Shown here: positions 1-9,066 of the stretch, piece by piece
How the letters are laid out: the number at the start of each line of letters is the position of its first letter
Position numbering within the stretch: the stretch's first letter is position 1
Source: Thermodesulfobacteriota bacterium
GTDB taxonomy: Bacteria; Desulfobacterota_D; UBA1144; Nemesobacterales; Nemesobacteraceae
Assembly (NCBI GenBank): GCA_965209225.1
Contig: OZ242379.1
Coordinates: 1,421,289 to 1,485,288 of the forward strand
DNA: 64,000 nt
Reading direction: 5' to 3'
Program-made: the position numbers and the translations under genes
The notes under the pieces: model-generated
What the model saw: only the letters and a program-made list of their open reading frames with translations
What the model was told of the DNA's origin: nothing
The model's database searches: none

Positions 1-123
1 GGACTGGCTGGTCTTACAATGACGTCCCGCAAGCGGAGCTTGGGGGAAATGAGTTGTTCAGGTGATTTGTTCATGATTACTGTTATACCAGTAATCATGG
101 GAAAAAGCCAGTAGATTTTTTCA
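1..123 (-). mobile_element. Terminal fragment of an IS-like element; inverted copy of 24457-24567
   Basis: Positions 1-113 are the reverse complement of 24457-24567 with one mismatch. The fragment contains the 10-bp-stem palindrome atgattactg-gtataa-cagtaatcat. The element continues off-window to the left. Confidence 0.7.
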
Positions 124-282
124 ACTCTCTACAGGTTTTAAATAAAATTGCCCCCTCAATTTAGAATAGGACCGCCGTGCGGACGCACGCTCAGGCCTTT
201 ATCACTCATGTTTTTTCCTGAAATATTACCTCAACAACTCAAACTTGAAAAAAAGCCATCAATACAAAACTGATGCTATACT

Positions 283-306
283 AGCCTGAATTCCCAACAA
301 CAATAA
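283..306 (-). repeat. Orphan IS terminal inverted-repeat motif (tagcctgaattcccaacaacaa)
   Basis: Near-identical to the reverse complement of 25395-25418. It shares the core cctgaattcccaac with the IS ends at 14863-14876 and 18275-18288. Confidence 0.6.
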
Positions 307-325
307 ACAGCCTGACATTTCGGAC

Positions 326-364
326 TTCCTGTCTTTTGTCAAGCTTAAATTTTATGTATAGAAT
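326..364 (+). promoter_or_regulatory. Candidate sigma70-type promoter for the abiE operon
   Basis: TTGTCA (326-331), 17-nt spacer, TAGAAT (349-354), followed by TG-TATAAT (357-364). The AbiEi start codon is at 407. Confidence 0.4.
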
Positions 365-406
365 GGTGTATAATACAATATCAATAATTCACATTTTTGG
401 TGATTT

Positions 407-1228
407 ATGGACAGTAATGCTATACAACAAAGATCAATACCGCAAGGCAGGCGCAAACTCGCAACTGTGATCAGAGGGTCTGGTGACATTATTCGAATCG
501 AAGATGTAGTCTCTGCTCTCCCGACAGGACGGTCGGATGCCGCCAAGCTTCTTTCACGCTGGGCCGGCCAAGGCTGGTTAAGACGTGTTGGGCCGGGCGC
601 CTATGTTGCCGTGTCTCTTGATTCGCTTGAAAGTGAGCGGATTCTGGACGATCCCTGGATACTTGTACCGCTTCTTTATGCCCCTGCCTATATTGGCGGG
701 TGGACTGCCGCGGAATACTGGGACCTCACCGAACAGCTGTTCCGCCAGATTCTTGTCATAACAACGAAGACGGTGCGCAGAAAGCGCGAGATACGTGATG
801 GGGCACAATTCATCGTGCGCCATATACAGAAACGAAAGTTCTTCGGCACTAAAGCGGTCTGGCGCGGTCGGTCTAAAGTTCTGGTTTCTGATGTTCACCG
901 TACGATCATTGACATGCTTGATGAACCATCCATCGGCGGGGGGATTCAGCATGTGGCTGACTGTCTGGCTGTTTATCTGAGGCATCCTGATCGAGATGAT
1001 GAAATACTGATAGACTACGCGGAAGGACTTGATAATGGTGCGATTTTCAAAAGGCTTGGTTTTCTGGCTGAAGAATATCCTGACACCGGGGATTTGACCG
1101 AGGCATGTCTAAAACACCTTACCAAGGGCAACGCCAAAATTGATCCCGCGTTAGAGTGTCCTCGTCTGATCTCAAAATGGCGTCTTCGGATTCCGCTGAA
1201 CTGGACAACAGGAGAAAGAAGTGGTTAG
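407..1228 (+). CDS. abiEi: AbiEi-family antitoxin/transcriptional regulator (type IV TA / abortive infection)
   Basis: 273 aa. It resembles the AbiEi antitoxin N-terminal-domain family. It overlaps the downstream nucleotidyltransferase gene by 8 nt. Confidence 0.6.
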   Translation: MDSNAIQQRSIPQGRRKLATVIRGSGDIIRIEDVVSALPTGRSDAAKLLSRWAGQGWLRRVGPGAYVAVSLDSLESERILDDPWILVPLLYAPAYIGGWTAAEYWDLTEQLFRQILVITTKTVRRKREIRDGAQFIVRHIQKRKFFGTKAVWRGRSKVLVSDVHRTIIDMLDEPSIGGGIQHVADCLAVYLRHPDRDDEILIDYAEGLDNGAIFKRLGFLAEEYPDTGDLTEACLKHLTKGNAKIDPALECPRLISKWRLRIPLNWTTGERSG

Positions 1229-2438
1229 CAAGCGCGAGATCATCGATGTAGCGACAATTAAGGGACTCAATCCCCATATTGTAGAGAAGGACTATGTCCT
1301 TGGCTGGTTGCTGTGGGGAATATCTAATCATGAGATTTTAGGCGAAAGCTGGCTTTTTAAGGGCGGCACCTGTCTGAAGAAATGCTTTTTTGAGACCTAC
1401 AGATTTTCCGAAGATCTCGATTTTACTCTTTCCGATGCCGCGCATATCGATGACGGCTTTCTTAAAACCGTGTTTGGGGAGATATGCGAACACATCTATG
1501 AGCAGACCGGCATCGAACTGCCGTCGCATTCTTGCAAGTTTGACATTTACCAAAATCCGCGTGGCGGCAAATCCTGCCAAGCCCGGATAGGGTACCAGGG
1601 CCCGGTGTCGCCGCGTGGCAGGAGCATGCCGAGGATCAAGCTTGACCTGACGGCCGATGAATTCGTAGTGCTGAGCCCGGTTCGCTCTCAGGTCTATCAT
1701 CCTTACAGCGATGCCCCGAACGGAGATATCATCATACGGTCATATGCATACGAAGAAGCGTTTGGCGAAAAGATAAGGGCCCTTGCTGAACGGGGGAGAC
1801 CCCGTGACCTGTACGATGTTGTCAACTTATTCCGCAATGCCGATGCCAGGCCCGCTAGTACTGCCGTATTGATTGATGTGCTCCGCCAGAAATGCGAGTT
1901 CAGAAATATCGATTTTCCTGTTCTCGCCCAACTTGAAATTCATCGGTCTATCCTACAAAGCAGATGGGCGCAAATGCTGTCATATCAATTGCCCGCATTG
2001 CCTCCGTTTGTGACATTCTGGAATGAATTGCCAATCTTTTTTACATGGCTTGAAAGTGGTATCGCACCGCAGGTCCCACCTTCCTGCATTGGAGAGGCGG
2101 GGGGGAGAGTCATACGCGAACGCACATTGCTTCTGCAGGTTTCTGCCAAGGTAAAGACATGTATCGAAATTATCCGTTTCGCTGCTTCCAACCTGCTTTG
2201 CGTTGATCTGGACTATCGAGGAAATACAAGGCGCATTGAACCTTACTCGCTCCGTTTTAATGGAGAAGGCGGTATAATCCTTGAAGTTCATGATGTTGAT
2301 AAAAACGAATGCGACCGTTATTTGGTCGATAATATTCAGGGAGCACAGATTACGGATCAGGTTTTTAATCCCCGTTTTGCAATTGAGCTGATGCCTGCAA
2401 CTGATATCACTGGTGTTCCCGCGGCAAACTCTTCATAA
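1221..2438 (+). CDS. abiEii: AbiEii/AbiGii-family nucleotidyltransferase toxin (DUF1814)
   Basis: 405 aa with the KGGTCL and FSEDLDF motifs typical of the AbiEii nucleotidyltransferase family. It is translationally coupled to the upstream gene. Confidence 0.65.
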   Translation: MVSKREIIDVATIKGLNPHIVEKDYVLGWLLWGISNHEILGESWLFKGGTCLKKCFFETYRFSEDLDFTLSDAAHIDDGFLKTVFGEICEHIYEQTGIELPSHSCKFDIYQNPRGGKSCQARIGYQGPVSPRGRSMPRIKLDLTADEFVVLSPVRSQVYHPYSDAPNGDIIIRSYAYEEAFGEKIRALAERGRPRDLYDVVNLFRNADARPASTAVLIDVLRQKCEFRNIDFPVLAQLEIHRSILQSRWAQMLSYQLPALPPFVTFWNELPIFFTWLESGIAPQVPPSCIGEAGGRVIRERTLLLQVSAKVKTCIEIIRFAASNLLCVDLDYRGNTRRIEPYSLRFNGEGGIILEVHDVDKNECDRYLVDNIQGAQITDQVFNPRFAIELMPATDITGVPAANSS

Positions 2439-2806
2439 AAATACCACGGTTCAAACGAGCGATAAAGACAATAGATTTATATGGGTCTGGGTCGGAACCC
2501 ATAAGAAGTATCAGAGCATGCTGAAAGAATAATCTCAGCAAGTTTTTTGTCCCTGTCTACACCATAATACGCCTTGCTTGCCGCCGATATCTTATGGAAT
2601 TTGCTCTTAAAGAGGAAGCAGGAATCCGACGATTTTTCCTTCTTCGACAGTGGCAGCTTGCTTCGGTTCACTCGAACAGTAATTCAATCGGAATGTGTGC
2701 GCTGTTAACTCAGTCAATCCTCTTTCACGGGAGTCTGGCATGGAGATTGACAGTGGACGGCTTTGCACGTCCCGGCTGTTTCGACCTATCCGGTGAGAAC
2801 TGCGGG

Positions 2807-4402
2807 TTAGTCGTCATATTTTCTTCCCAGGTAACTTTTCACTACGAAGAGAGTTGTCACCGCGAGTGCCAGCCAAGCGAAGATGTCTCCTACCCTCGAG
2901 TAGAGAGTTTCAAGCGAATCGATCAGAACTACTTCTCCCTCCAGATTCTCCGTAGTGAATATCCCCGTGCGGGCCTCGATCTTTCCTGTAGGAGACACTA
3001 TCGCGCTTACTCCGCTGTTTGTTGACCTTACCAGGTAGCGTCGCGTTTCGACCGCCCTTGGAATTGAGAGGAGCAGATGCTGGTAGGGAGCGATACTCTT
3101 TCCGAACCACGCGTCGTTTGTTAGGTTAACAAGCAGGTTGGCTCCCATTTTCACGTATTCACTCGAAATCTTCACCACTATGTCCTCATAGCATATAAGA
3201 GGTCCTATTCTCAAGTTCTTTTCCGGAACCTCAAGCACTCTGAGGCCTTCTCCCGGGGTGAGATCTCCCATCATGGGGAGGACCCTTTTGAGGAACTTAA
3301 GCTCCTCATTTATCAAGGGGAAATATTCGCCCAGAAGAAATAGCCGGGTCTTGCTGTAGTGGCTGAGGATATTGCTTTGCGGATCGACCAGGAAGGCCGT
3401 GTTGTATTTTTTGTGGTCCTCTTCATCCCAGCCGTCCTCAAGCAGGAGAGGATCCCGGGTAAAGGAAAGTCCTCCGATGAGGAAGTGCGCTTGGTGCCCC
3501 GTAGGCACCACGTCTGTCTGTTCTTCGATTCTGTATGATGATCTGTCTTTGGGAAACCAGTACTGAACCGATGTCTCCGGCCAGATCACGAGGTCTGCAT
3601 CCGGAAGTCTTCGCGACATCTCCCTGTGTTTTTCCGTTATAACCGGTTCATTGTCGAGATTTTTTTCCGCGTAATCAAAATTCGCCTGAACCATCCCGAT
3701 TTTCACCCGAGGCTCTGTCTTAAGGAAAGCCTCAATTTCGTTTATCCTGAAAGAGCCGTAGCCGAGCACGATTGCGATTATGGCAATCGAGATCGCGGGC
3801 GCGGCAAGCGCAGGTTTTTTTCTCCGCCGCAAGTCGTCAACTAGGTAGAAAGCCGATACGTTTGCAAAAAACATCAGAAACCCCAGGAAGTTCACCCCGA
3901 GCGTGTCAACCACCTGTATTACCTTCGGGTAGTAGCCTTGGGAGACTCCTATTCCGTATGGGAAGAGAACCGGGAAGAAGAACTCTGCGACCACCCAGGC
4001 AAAAGAGATCATGAGCGCGTTTGCCACACTTTTTCTCCGACAGAGTCCGAATCTCGATATATACCAGGTGAAAATTCCGAACTGAAGCGATGAGTACACG
4101 CAGAACACAAACACGGCCGCCATGCTTGGGAGCAAGGGGATTTCACCGAACCTGTTGAGAGTCCCGACGAGCCAGTAAAGCGAGACGAGATTCATGGATG
4201 CCCCGGATATCATGCCCAGCCTGAGTGACTGCGAAGCGCTTTTTCCCTGAAGCGCCAGGAGCATTGGGGCAAAACATACCCAGCCCAGTACGCCGAGAGT
4301 GCTTGAAAAAAGGGATGCGGAAAAAAGCACCCCGGATCCTGCGGCCAGGATTTCGTTTCCGGTCGGTCTGGTTATCCGGCTCGTTCTGGGAATTATATAC
4401 AT
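2807..4402 (-). CDS. lnt: Apolipoprotein N-acyltransferase
   Basis: 531 aa polytopic membrane N-terminus followed by a CN-hydrolase domain with the ICYE catalytic Cys context. Confidence 0.8.
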   Translation of the reverse strand: MYIIPRTSRITRPTGNEILAAGSGVLFSASLFSSTLGVLGWVCFAPMLLALQGKSASQSLRLGMISGASMNLVSLYWLVGTLNRFGEIPLLPSMAAVFVFCVYSSLQFGIFTWYISRFGLCRRKSVANALMISFAWVVAEFFFPVLFPYGIGVSQGYYPKVIQVVDTLGVNFLGFLMFFANVSAFYLVDDLRRRKKPALAAPAISIAIIAIVLGYGSFRINEIEAFLKTEPRVKIGMVQANFDYAEKNLDNEPVITEKHREMSRRLPDADLVIWPETSVQYWFPKDRSSYRIEEQTDVVPTGHQAHFLIGGLSFTRDPLLLEDGWDEEDHKKYNTAFLVDPQSNILSHYSKTRLFLLGEYFPLINEELKFLKRVLPMMGDLTPGEGLRVLEVPEKNLRIGPLICYEDIVVKISSEYVKMGANLLVNLTNDAWFGKSIAPYQHLLLSIPRAVETRRYLVRSTNSGVSAIVSPTGKIEARTGIFTTENLEGEVVLIDSLETLYSRVGDIFAWLALAVTTLFVVKSYLGRKYDD

Positions 4403-4748
4403 AAGTCAAAACTGTATACTGTTCTTGGCCGAGCAAGACCACTGTCTTGCTTCTCTCTCATCCTTCCGACCATGCGGGACTGCTCGAGTTTCCCACCCGC
4501 TATCGAGATGCCTCGATGAAGGATATTAATTGCAGCGTTTACATCCCTGTCTTCTTGTAGCAGTCAATACGCTCCTCAAGACAGACATTGTAGAGAGTGG
4601 CGCACATTCCGAATACCCGGAACAATGCCTCATGACCCGACCTCGTCAGTTTAGCTTGGCATTTGTAAGTCCTTATCATTACTGTGTTACACCTGATTTA
4701 TTTATGTAGTTCCCCAACTTTTTCATGCGTAGCGGAGAAGTTGCGGGT

Positions 4749-5507
4749 TCAATATGCTTCCTTGTGTCTGCGTAAAGACGTGTATTTAAGCGCTCCGACA
4801 AGGATCAGCGCAAGTGCCATTACCTGCGCTACCGAAAGGCCGGATATCGGGCTTTCGGTGGTGTTTCTTATGAACTCTATAAAGAACCTTTCAAGACCCG
4901 CGAGTCCCAGATATATGCTGGCGAGCCAGCCGACGGGCCTGTCCTTCTTCCTTATCTTCCACAGCACTAAGAACACAAGCGACATTATGATCGTTTCATA
5001 AATCTGAGTCGGATGAACCGCCTCAAGCGTCGGTGGGGAACCCTTTGGAAACGGCATCGCCCAGGGGAGTGTGGATGCGACCCCGTAATCGTCTCCAACC
5101 AGAAGACAGCCGACCCTTCCAGTCGCGTAAGCTATTGCGAGAGCCGGGGCGGTGGCGTCAAGAACTTTCCAGAAACTTTCTTTATGCTTTTTTGTTACTA
5201 CGAAAAAGGCGAAGAGAGCCAGAAAAAATCCTCCGTAGAAGGTAAGTCCTCCCCTTAAAAGAAGATAGTGCACGGGGTAGGAGATAAGGTCGCTTAGGGG
5301 AACATTCTCGACCAGGAAGAGAAGCTTGGCCCCGAGTACGCCTCCCACGAGGCAGGCAAGAAAGCCCTGTTCGTGAAGTCGCCCGGACATCCCTTTTCTT
5401 TCAAATTCCATCCCGGAAACCCAGAAAGCGACAAGAAAAGAGACGGCGACCATCGCCCCGAAGGATGTAATATGAAAATCGCCTATTCTGAGAAGTTCAG
5501 GGAACAT
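4749..5507 (-). CDS. lgt: Prolipoprotein diacylglyceryl transferase
   Basis: 252 aa multi-TM protein with Lgt-like conserved segments (GRVGCLLVGDDYG). Confidence 0.75.
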   Translation of the reverse strand: MFPELLRIGDFHITSFGAMVAVSFLVAFWVSGMEFERKGMSGRLHEQGFLACLVGGVLGAKLLFLVENVPLSDLISYPVHYLLLRGGLTFYGGFFLALFAFFVVTKKHKESFWKVLDATAPALAIAYATGRVGCLLVGDDYGVASTLPWAMPFPKGSPPTLEAVHPTQIYETIIMSLVFLVLWKIRKKDRPVGWLASIYLGLAGLERFFIEFIRNTTESPISGLSVAQVMALALILVGALKYTSLRRHKEAY

Positions 5508-5818
5508 TTAATTCTTCTCTTCTCCGGATTCAAGTTCTTTTTCCGCTTCGGAGTTTGACCTTACGAGAAAAAATATGGACAGAAAAAGAGATGTGCAGAG
5601 GATTATCTGAATCAGCAGGTTGGTTTTCATTTCCATAGTTAAGGGACTTCCTCTTGAACATCCTCCTTAAGTGCGTACTCGCTTAGTAAAGACGAACGGG
5701 ATGCTGTCGTGATTGCGTTTTGGCCGGGCGATGGGAATTCTAACCAACTGTTAAGGAAAATAAAAGTGTCGTTGCGTGCTTGAATAACCCCCGCAAGCCG
5801 GTAAATTAGTCGGCTATT

Positions 5819-6415
5819 ATGCTTCAGTCACCGGTACTGGTTTTGAACAGGTTCTTCGTCCCTGTCTCGGTAACGAGCTTGAAAAGGGCCTTTATCCTTC
5901 TTTACGGAGGTGCTGCGAAGGCTGTAAACGGGGAGTATGAGACCTTTGACTTCGATTCGTGGAAGGATATCCGTTCGGTCGACGCCGAAGACTGCGTAAG
6001 GACCGTTACCAGCGTCATAAAGGCTCCCCGGGTGATAATTCTCGTTAGGTATGAGGGGTATCACAGAAAGCAGCCCAAGTTCAACAGGATAAACATTTTC
6101 AGAAGGGACGCGGACACATGCCAGTACTGCGCGAAGGCTTTTCGGAAAAGAGATCTTACCCTTGACCATGTGATTCCGCGGTCAATGGGGGGAAGGAGTA
6201 CCTGGGACAACATAGTGTGCTGTTGTGTTAAGTGCAACAGGAAAAAGGGAGGAAGGACTCCCGAGCAGGCGAACATGAGACTGCTCACCAAACCTGTGAA
6301 GCCCGCTGCCAGTATTTTTTCCAACCTCCATTTCAGAACCGTGAGGTATGAGGAGTGGGAGCCTTTTCTGAACTTTGTGGATATGTCTTACTGGAACGTT
6401 GAACTGACTGACTGA
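5819..6415 (+). CDS. HNH endonuclease family protein
   Basis: The CQYC...DHVIPRSMGG...CCCVKCNRKKG motif is an HNH zinc-finger nuclease signature. Confidence 0.75.
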   Translation: MLQSPVLVLNRFFVPVSVTSLKRAFILLYGGAAKAVNGEYETFDFDSWKDIRSVDAEDCVRTVTSVIKAPRVIILVRYEGYHRKQPKFNRINIFRRDADTCQYCAKAFRKRDLTLDHVIPRSMGGRSTWDNIVCCCVKCNRKKGGRTPEQANMRLLTKPVKPAASIFSNLHFRTVRYEEWEPFLNFVDMSYWNVELTD

Positions 6416-6489
6416 AGTTTTGTCTCAGGAAATGTCTTTGCCGCGAGATCATTGTCCGTTCGCGGCCTCGGGACCTGGAAAGAAAAAAG

Positions 6490-7755
6490 ATGAGATCAGC
6501 GCTTGCGGTTTTTTTTACGCTCTTGTTTATTCCCTGCCTGGCGACCGCGCAGATACAGCTTCCCCCTGTTGCTTCTCCGATAAAAAAAATACCGGTTGCC
6601 GTCGCGGTGCTTAAGGCCAAGGGGGATTTAAGCGTATACGGGAAGAATTTCACTGATGTCCTGAAGAACGATCTTAACAACGCGGCCCTTTTTGATGTCC
6701 GCCAGGTGAACATACTGTTTTCATCCTCTTTTGAGGATATAGATTTCGAATATTTAGATGCTCAGAAAACCAGGTATCTGGTGAGCGGAAATTTTGATGT
6801 TTCCCCCCGGGAGGTCTCTTACGATCTCATAGTCTATGATGTGCCCGGCAGGCAGGAGCGCATGAGAAGGAAATACGTGACGTCTCCGGGCCACGTAAGG
6901 AATGTGGCGCATAAGTTTGCGGGTGAGCTTATGAGGGAACTTGCCGGCCTCGACGGCTTTTTTGACTCCGAGATCGTGTTTGTCAGAAGGGATGGTCATG
7001 GAAGTGATCTCTTTATCATGGATTACGACGGGCACAACGCGAAAAGGCTTACCAATCACGGATCTTCGGTTCTCTCTCCTGACTGTTCTCCTGACGGAAG
7101 CCAGGTGGTCTTCACTTCCGACAGAAGCTGGGACCATGACGTATACTTGCTGAATTTCAAGGCCACATCCCTCCCCGCCGGGGGCGAGAGAATAACCCGG
7201 GGCATTCACCTCGACAATTCTCCGAGCTGGTCTCCAGACGGCAGCCGTGTGGCATTTAGCCGTAACGGGGATATATACATAGCTTCGTCCTCAGGGGAAA
7301 TACTTAAGCGACTTACCAGGTCTCCCGCCATAGATATCTCCCCGGCTTGGTCTCCCGACGGCAGAAAAATTGCCTTTGTGTCGGACCGGGCGGGAGCGCC
7401 GAACATATACGTGATGAGCTCCGAGGGGGGTCGAGCGGTAAGAATTACCTCGGAGGGTTACAATACCGACCCGGTCTGGTCTCCAAGCCCCTTAGTCAAC
7501 CGTATAGCGTTTGTGAAAGTAAAGAAATCCGAGGCCGACATCTACTCCGTAAGACCTGACGGCCGGGGACAGCAGAGGCTTACCTCTTCGGGAAGAAACG
7601 AGCATCCCTCGTGGTCTCCCGACGGTCACTACGTCACTTTTTCTTCAAAGAGGCTGGGGAAAAGGCAGATATACATCATGTACCTAAACGGTGAGAACAA
7701 GCTCCAGCTTTCCCGGGGCAAAAATGATTCGTTCTCCACTTGGTGCGTGAAGTAG
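6490..7755 (+). CDS. tolB: TolB-like periplasmic beta-propeller protein
   Basis: Signal peptide, TolB N-terminal region and repeated SPDGS/WSPDG propeller blades. Confidence 0.75.
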   Translation: MRSALAVFFTLLFIPCLATAQIQLPPVASPIKKIPVAVAVLKAKGDLSVYGKNFTDVLKNDLNNAALFDVRQVNILFSSSFEDIDFEYLDAQKTRYLVSGNFDVSPREVSYDLIVYDVPGRQERMRRKYVTSPGHVRNVAHKFAGELMRELAGLDGFFDSEIVFVRRDGHGSDLFIMDYDGHNAKRLTNHGSSVLSPDCSPDGSQVVFTSDRSWDHDVYLLNFKATSLPAGGERITRGIHLDNSPSWSPDGSRVAFSRNGDIYIASSSGEILKRLTRSPAIDISPAWSPDGRKIAFVSDRAGAPNIYVMSSEGGRAVRITSEGYNTDPVWSPSPLVNRIAFVKVKKSEADIYSVRPDGRGQQRLTSSGRNEHPSWSPDGHYVTFSSKRLGKRQIYIMYLNGENKLQLSRGKNDSFSTWCVK

Positions 7756-8321
7756 CGGATGGGGAGGCCTTGCTCTTGAGACTTTTTATCGCGGCCTTTC
7801 TTCCCGAGGAAACAAAAGATGCGCTTTTTCGCTACGTCCAGTCGCTTAGGAGTTTTCTTCGAGGGGTAAGGTGGGAGCCGAGGGAGAAACTTCACGTCAC
7901 GCTCAGATTCCTTGGAGATGTCGACGAATCGTGCCTTGAGAACCTGTCAGCCGATATAGGTTCCGCGGTTTGCGGTTCGGGGAGTGTTGAGTCTGGATTT
8001 GACGATTTTTGCCTGTTTCCGGGCTCGAGAAATCCCAGAGTGCTGGCCTTGGGTCTTGTGAAAAACGAGCAGTTCCAGTCTCTTTTTGAGAAAGTGCAGA
8101 GCGCGGTCCTTCGGAACGGGTTTGAGATGGAGAAAAGAAAATTCATCCCGCACGTGACTCTGGGCAGGACAAGAGGGGATTTTGGGGGAGTCAGGATGAT
8201 TCCTCAGCCGGACAGAACGGAGTTCTCCATCACAAGAGTAGGGCTTGTTCAAAGTGAGATCGGATCCCGGGGGTCCCGCTACACCAGCCTCAGGACATGG
8301 AATCTTCAGAGCGGCATTTGA
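7740..8321 (+). CDS. thpR: RNA 2',3'-cyclic phosphodiesterase (2H phosphoesterase, LigT/ThpR)
   Basis: Two H-x-T-L motifs (HVTLRFLG and HVTLGRT). Confidence 0.75.
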   Translation: MVREVADGEALLLRLFIAAFLPEETKDALFRYVQSLRSFLRGVRWEPREKLHVTLRFLGDVDESCLENLSADIGSAVCGSGSVESGFDDFCLFPGSRNPRVLALGLVKNEQFQSLFEKVQSAVLRNGFEMEKRKFIPHVTLGRTRGDFGGVRMIPQPDRTEFSITRVGLVQSEIGSRGSRYTSLRTWNLQSGI

Positions 8322-8375
8322 CAAAAGAATTTTCTAACAGGCAAAATAGTGCTTCCATAAAGCGCGGAGGATGTT

Positions 8376-8690
8376 ATGCACGCTGTTATAAAGACCGGTG
8401 GAAAACAGTATATAGTCAAACCGGGTGACGTTATTGATATAGAAAAAATCTCCGGCGAACCCGGCGAAGAAGTGAACTTTGAGGAGGTTCTGCTTGTGTC
8501 CGCTGACGGAGAGGACGTTAAGGTGGGCAGCCCTGTTGTTGAAAGTGCCAGGGTTGAGGGTAGAATAGTAAAGCAGAAAAAGGGCGAGAAGATAGTAGTT
8601 TTCAAGTTCAAAAGAAGGAAAGGGTACAGGAAAAAGGCGGGCCATCGCCAGAACCTGACCAGCGTCGAGATTACGAGCATAAGCGCCTGA
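8376..8690 (+). CDS. rplU: 50S ribosomal protein L21
   Basis: 104 aa; [12 protein letters not shown]... is a classic L21 sequence. Confidence 0.9.
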   Translation: MHAVIKTGGKQYIVKPGDVIDIEKISGEPGEEVNFEEVLLVSADGEDVKVGSPVVESARVEGRIVKQKKGEKIVVFKFKRRKGYRKKAGHRQNLTSVEITSISA

Positions 8691-8709
8691 TTCGCGGAGG
8701 CGAGTAAGC

Positions 8710-8964
8710 ATGTCAACCAAAAAAGGCGGCGGAAGTTCCAAAAACGGAAGGGATTCAATAGGCAGAAGGCTTGGCGTGAAGAAATTCGGAGGCCAGCCGG
8801 TTGTCAAGGGGAACATAATAGTAAGGCAGCGTGGTACCAGCATTAAGCCTGGCCTGAACGTGGGGCTTGGAAAGGATTACACGATATTCGCAATGTCTGA
8901 CGGGGTTGTGAAATTTCAGAAATCCGGAAAGGGCAGAACAAAGGTTTCCGTAGTTCCCGCCTGA
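8710..8964 (+). CDS. rpmA: 50S ribosomal protein L27
   Basis: 84 aa, [13 protein letters not shown]...; it follows rplU in the conserved order. Confidence 0.9.
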   Translation: MSTKKGGGSSKNGRDSIGRRLGVKKFGGQPVVKGNIIVRQRGTSIKPGLNVGLGKDYTIFAMSDGVVKFQKSGKGRTKVSVVPA

Positions 8965-9066
8965 GCGTTTTCCCGTAAAACTAGTTTTTTGTTTTTCTCC
9001 TATTATAATTACTGAATACTTTTACCGGCATGTTGTCCTTCCGGATAAGTTAGACGGAAATTTACC

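Noticed and set aside
8306-8843. 150-169-aa minus-strand ORFs overlapping rplU/rpmA
   Set aside because: They are antisense to ribosomal protein genes with strong conservation, so they are spurious.
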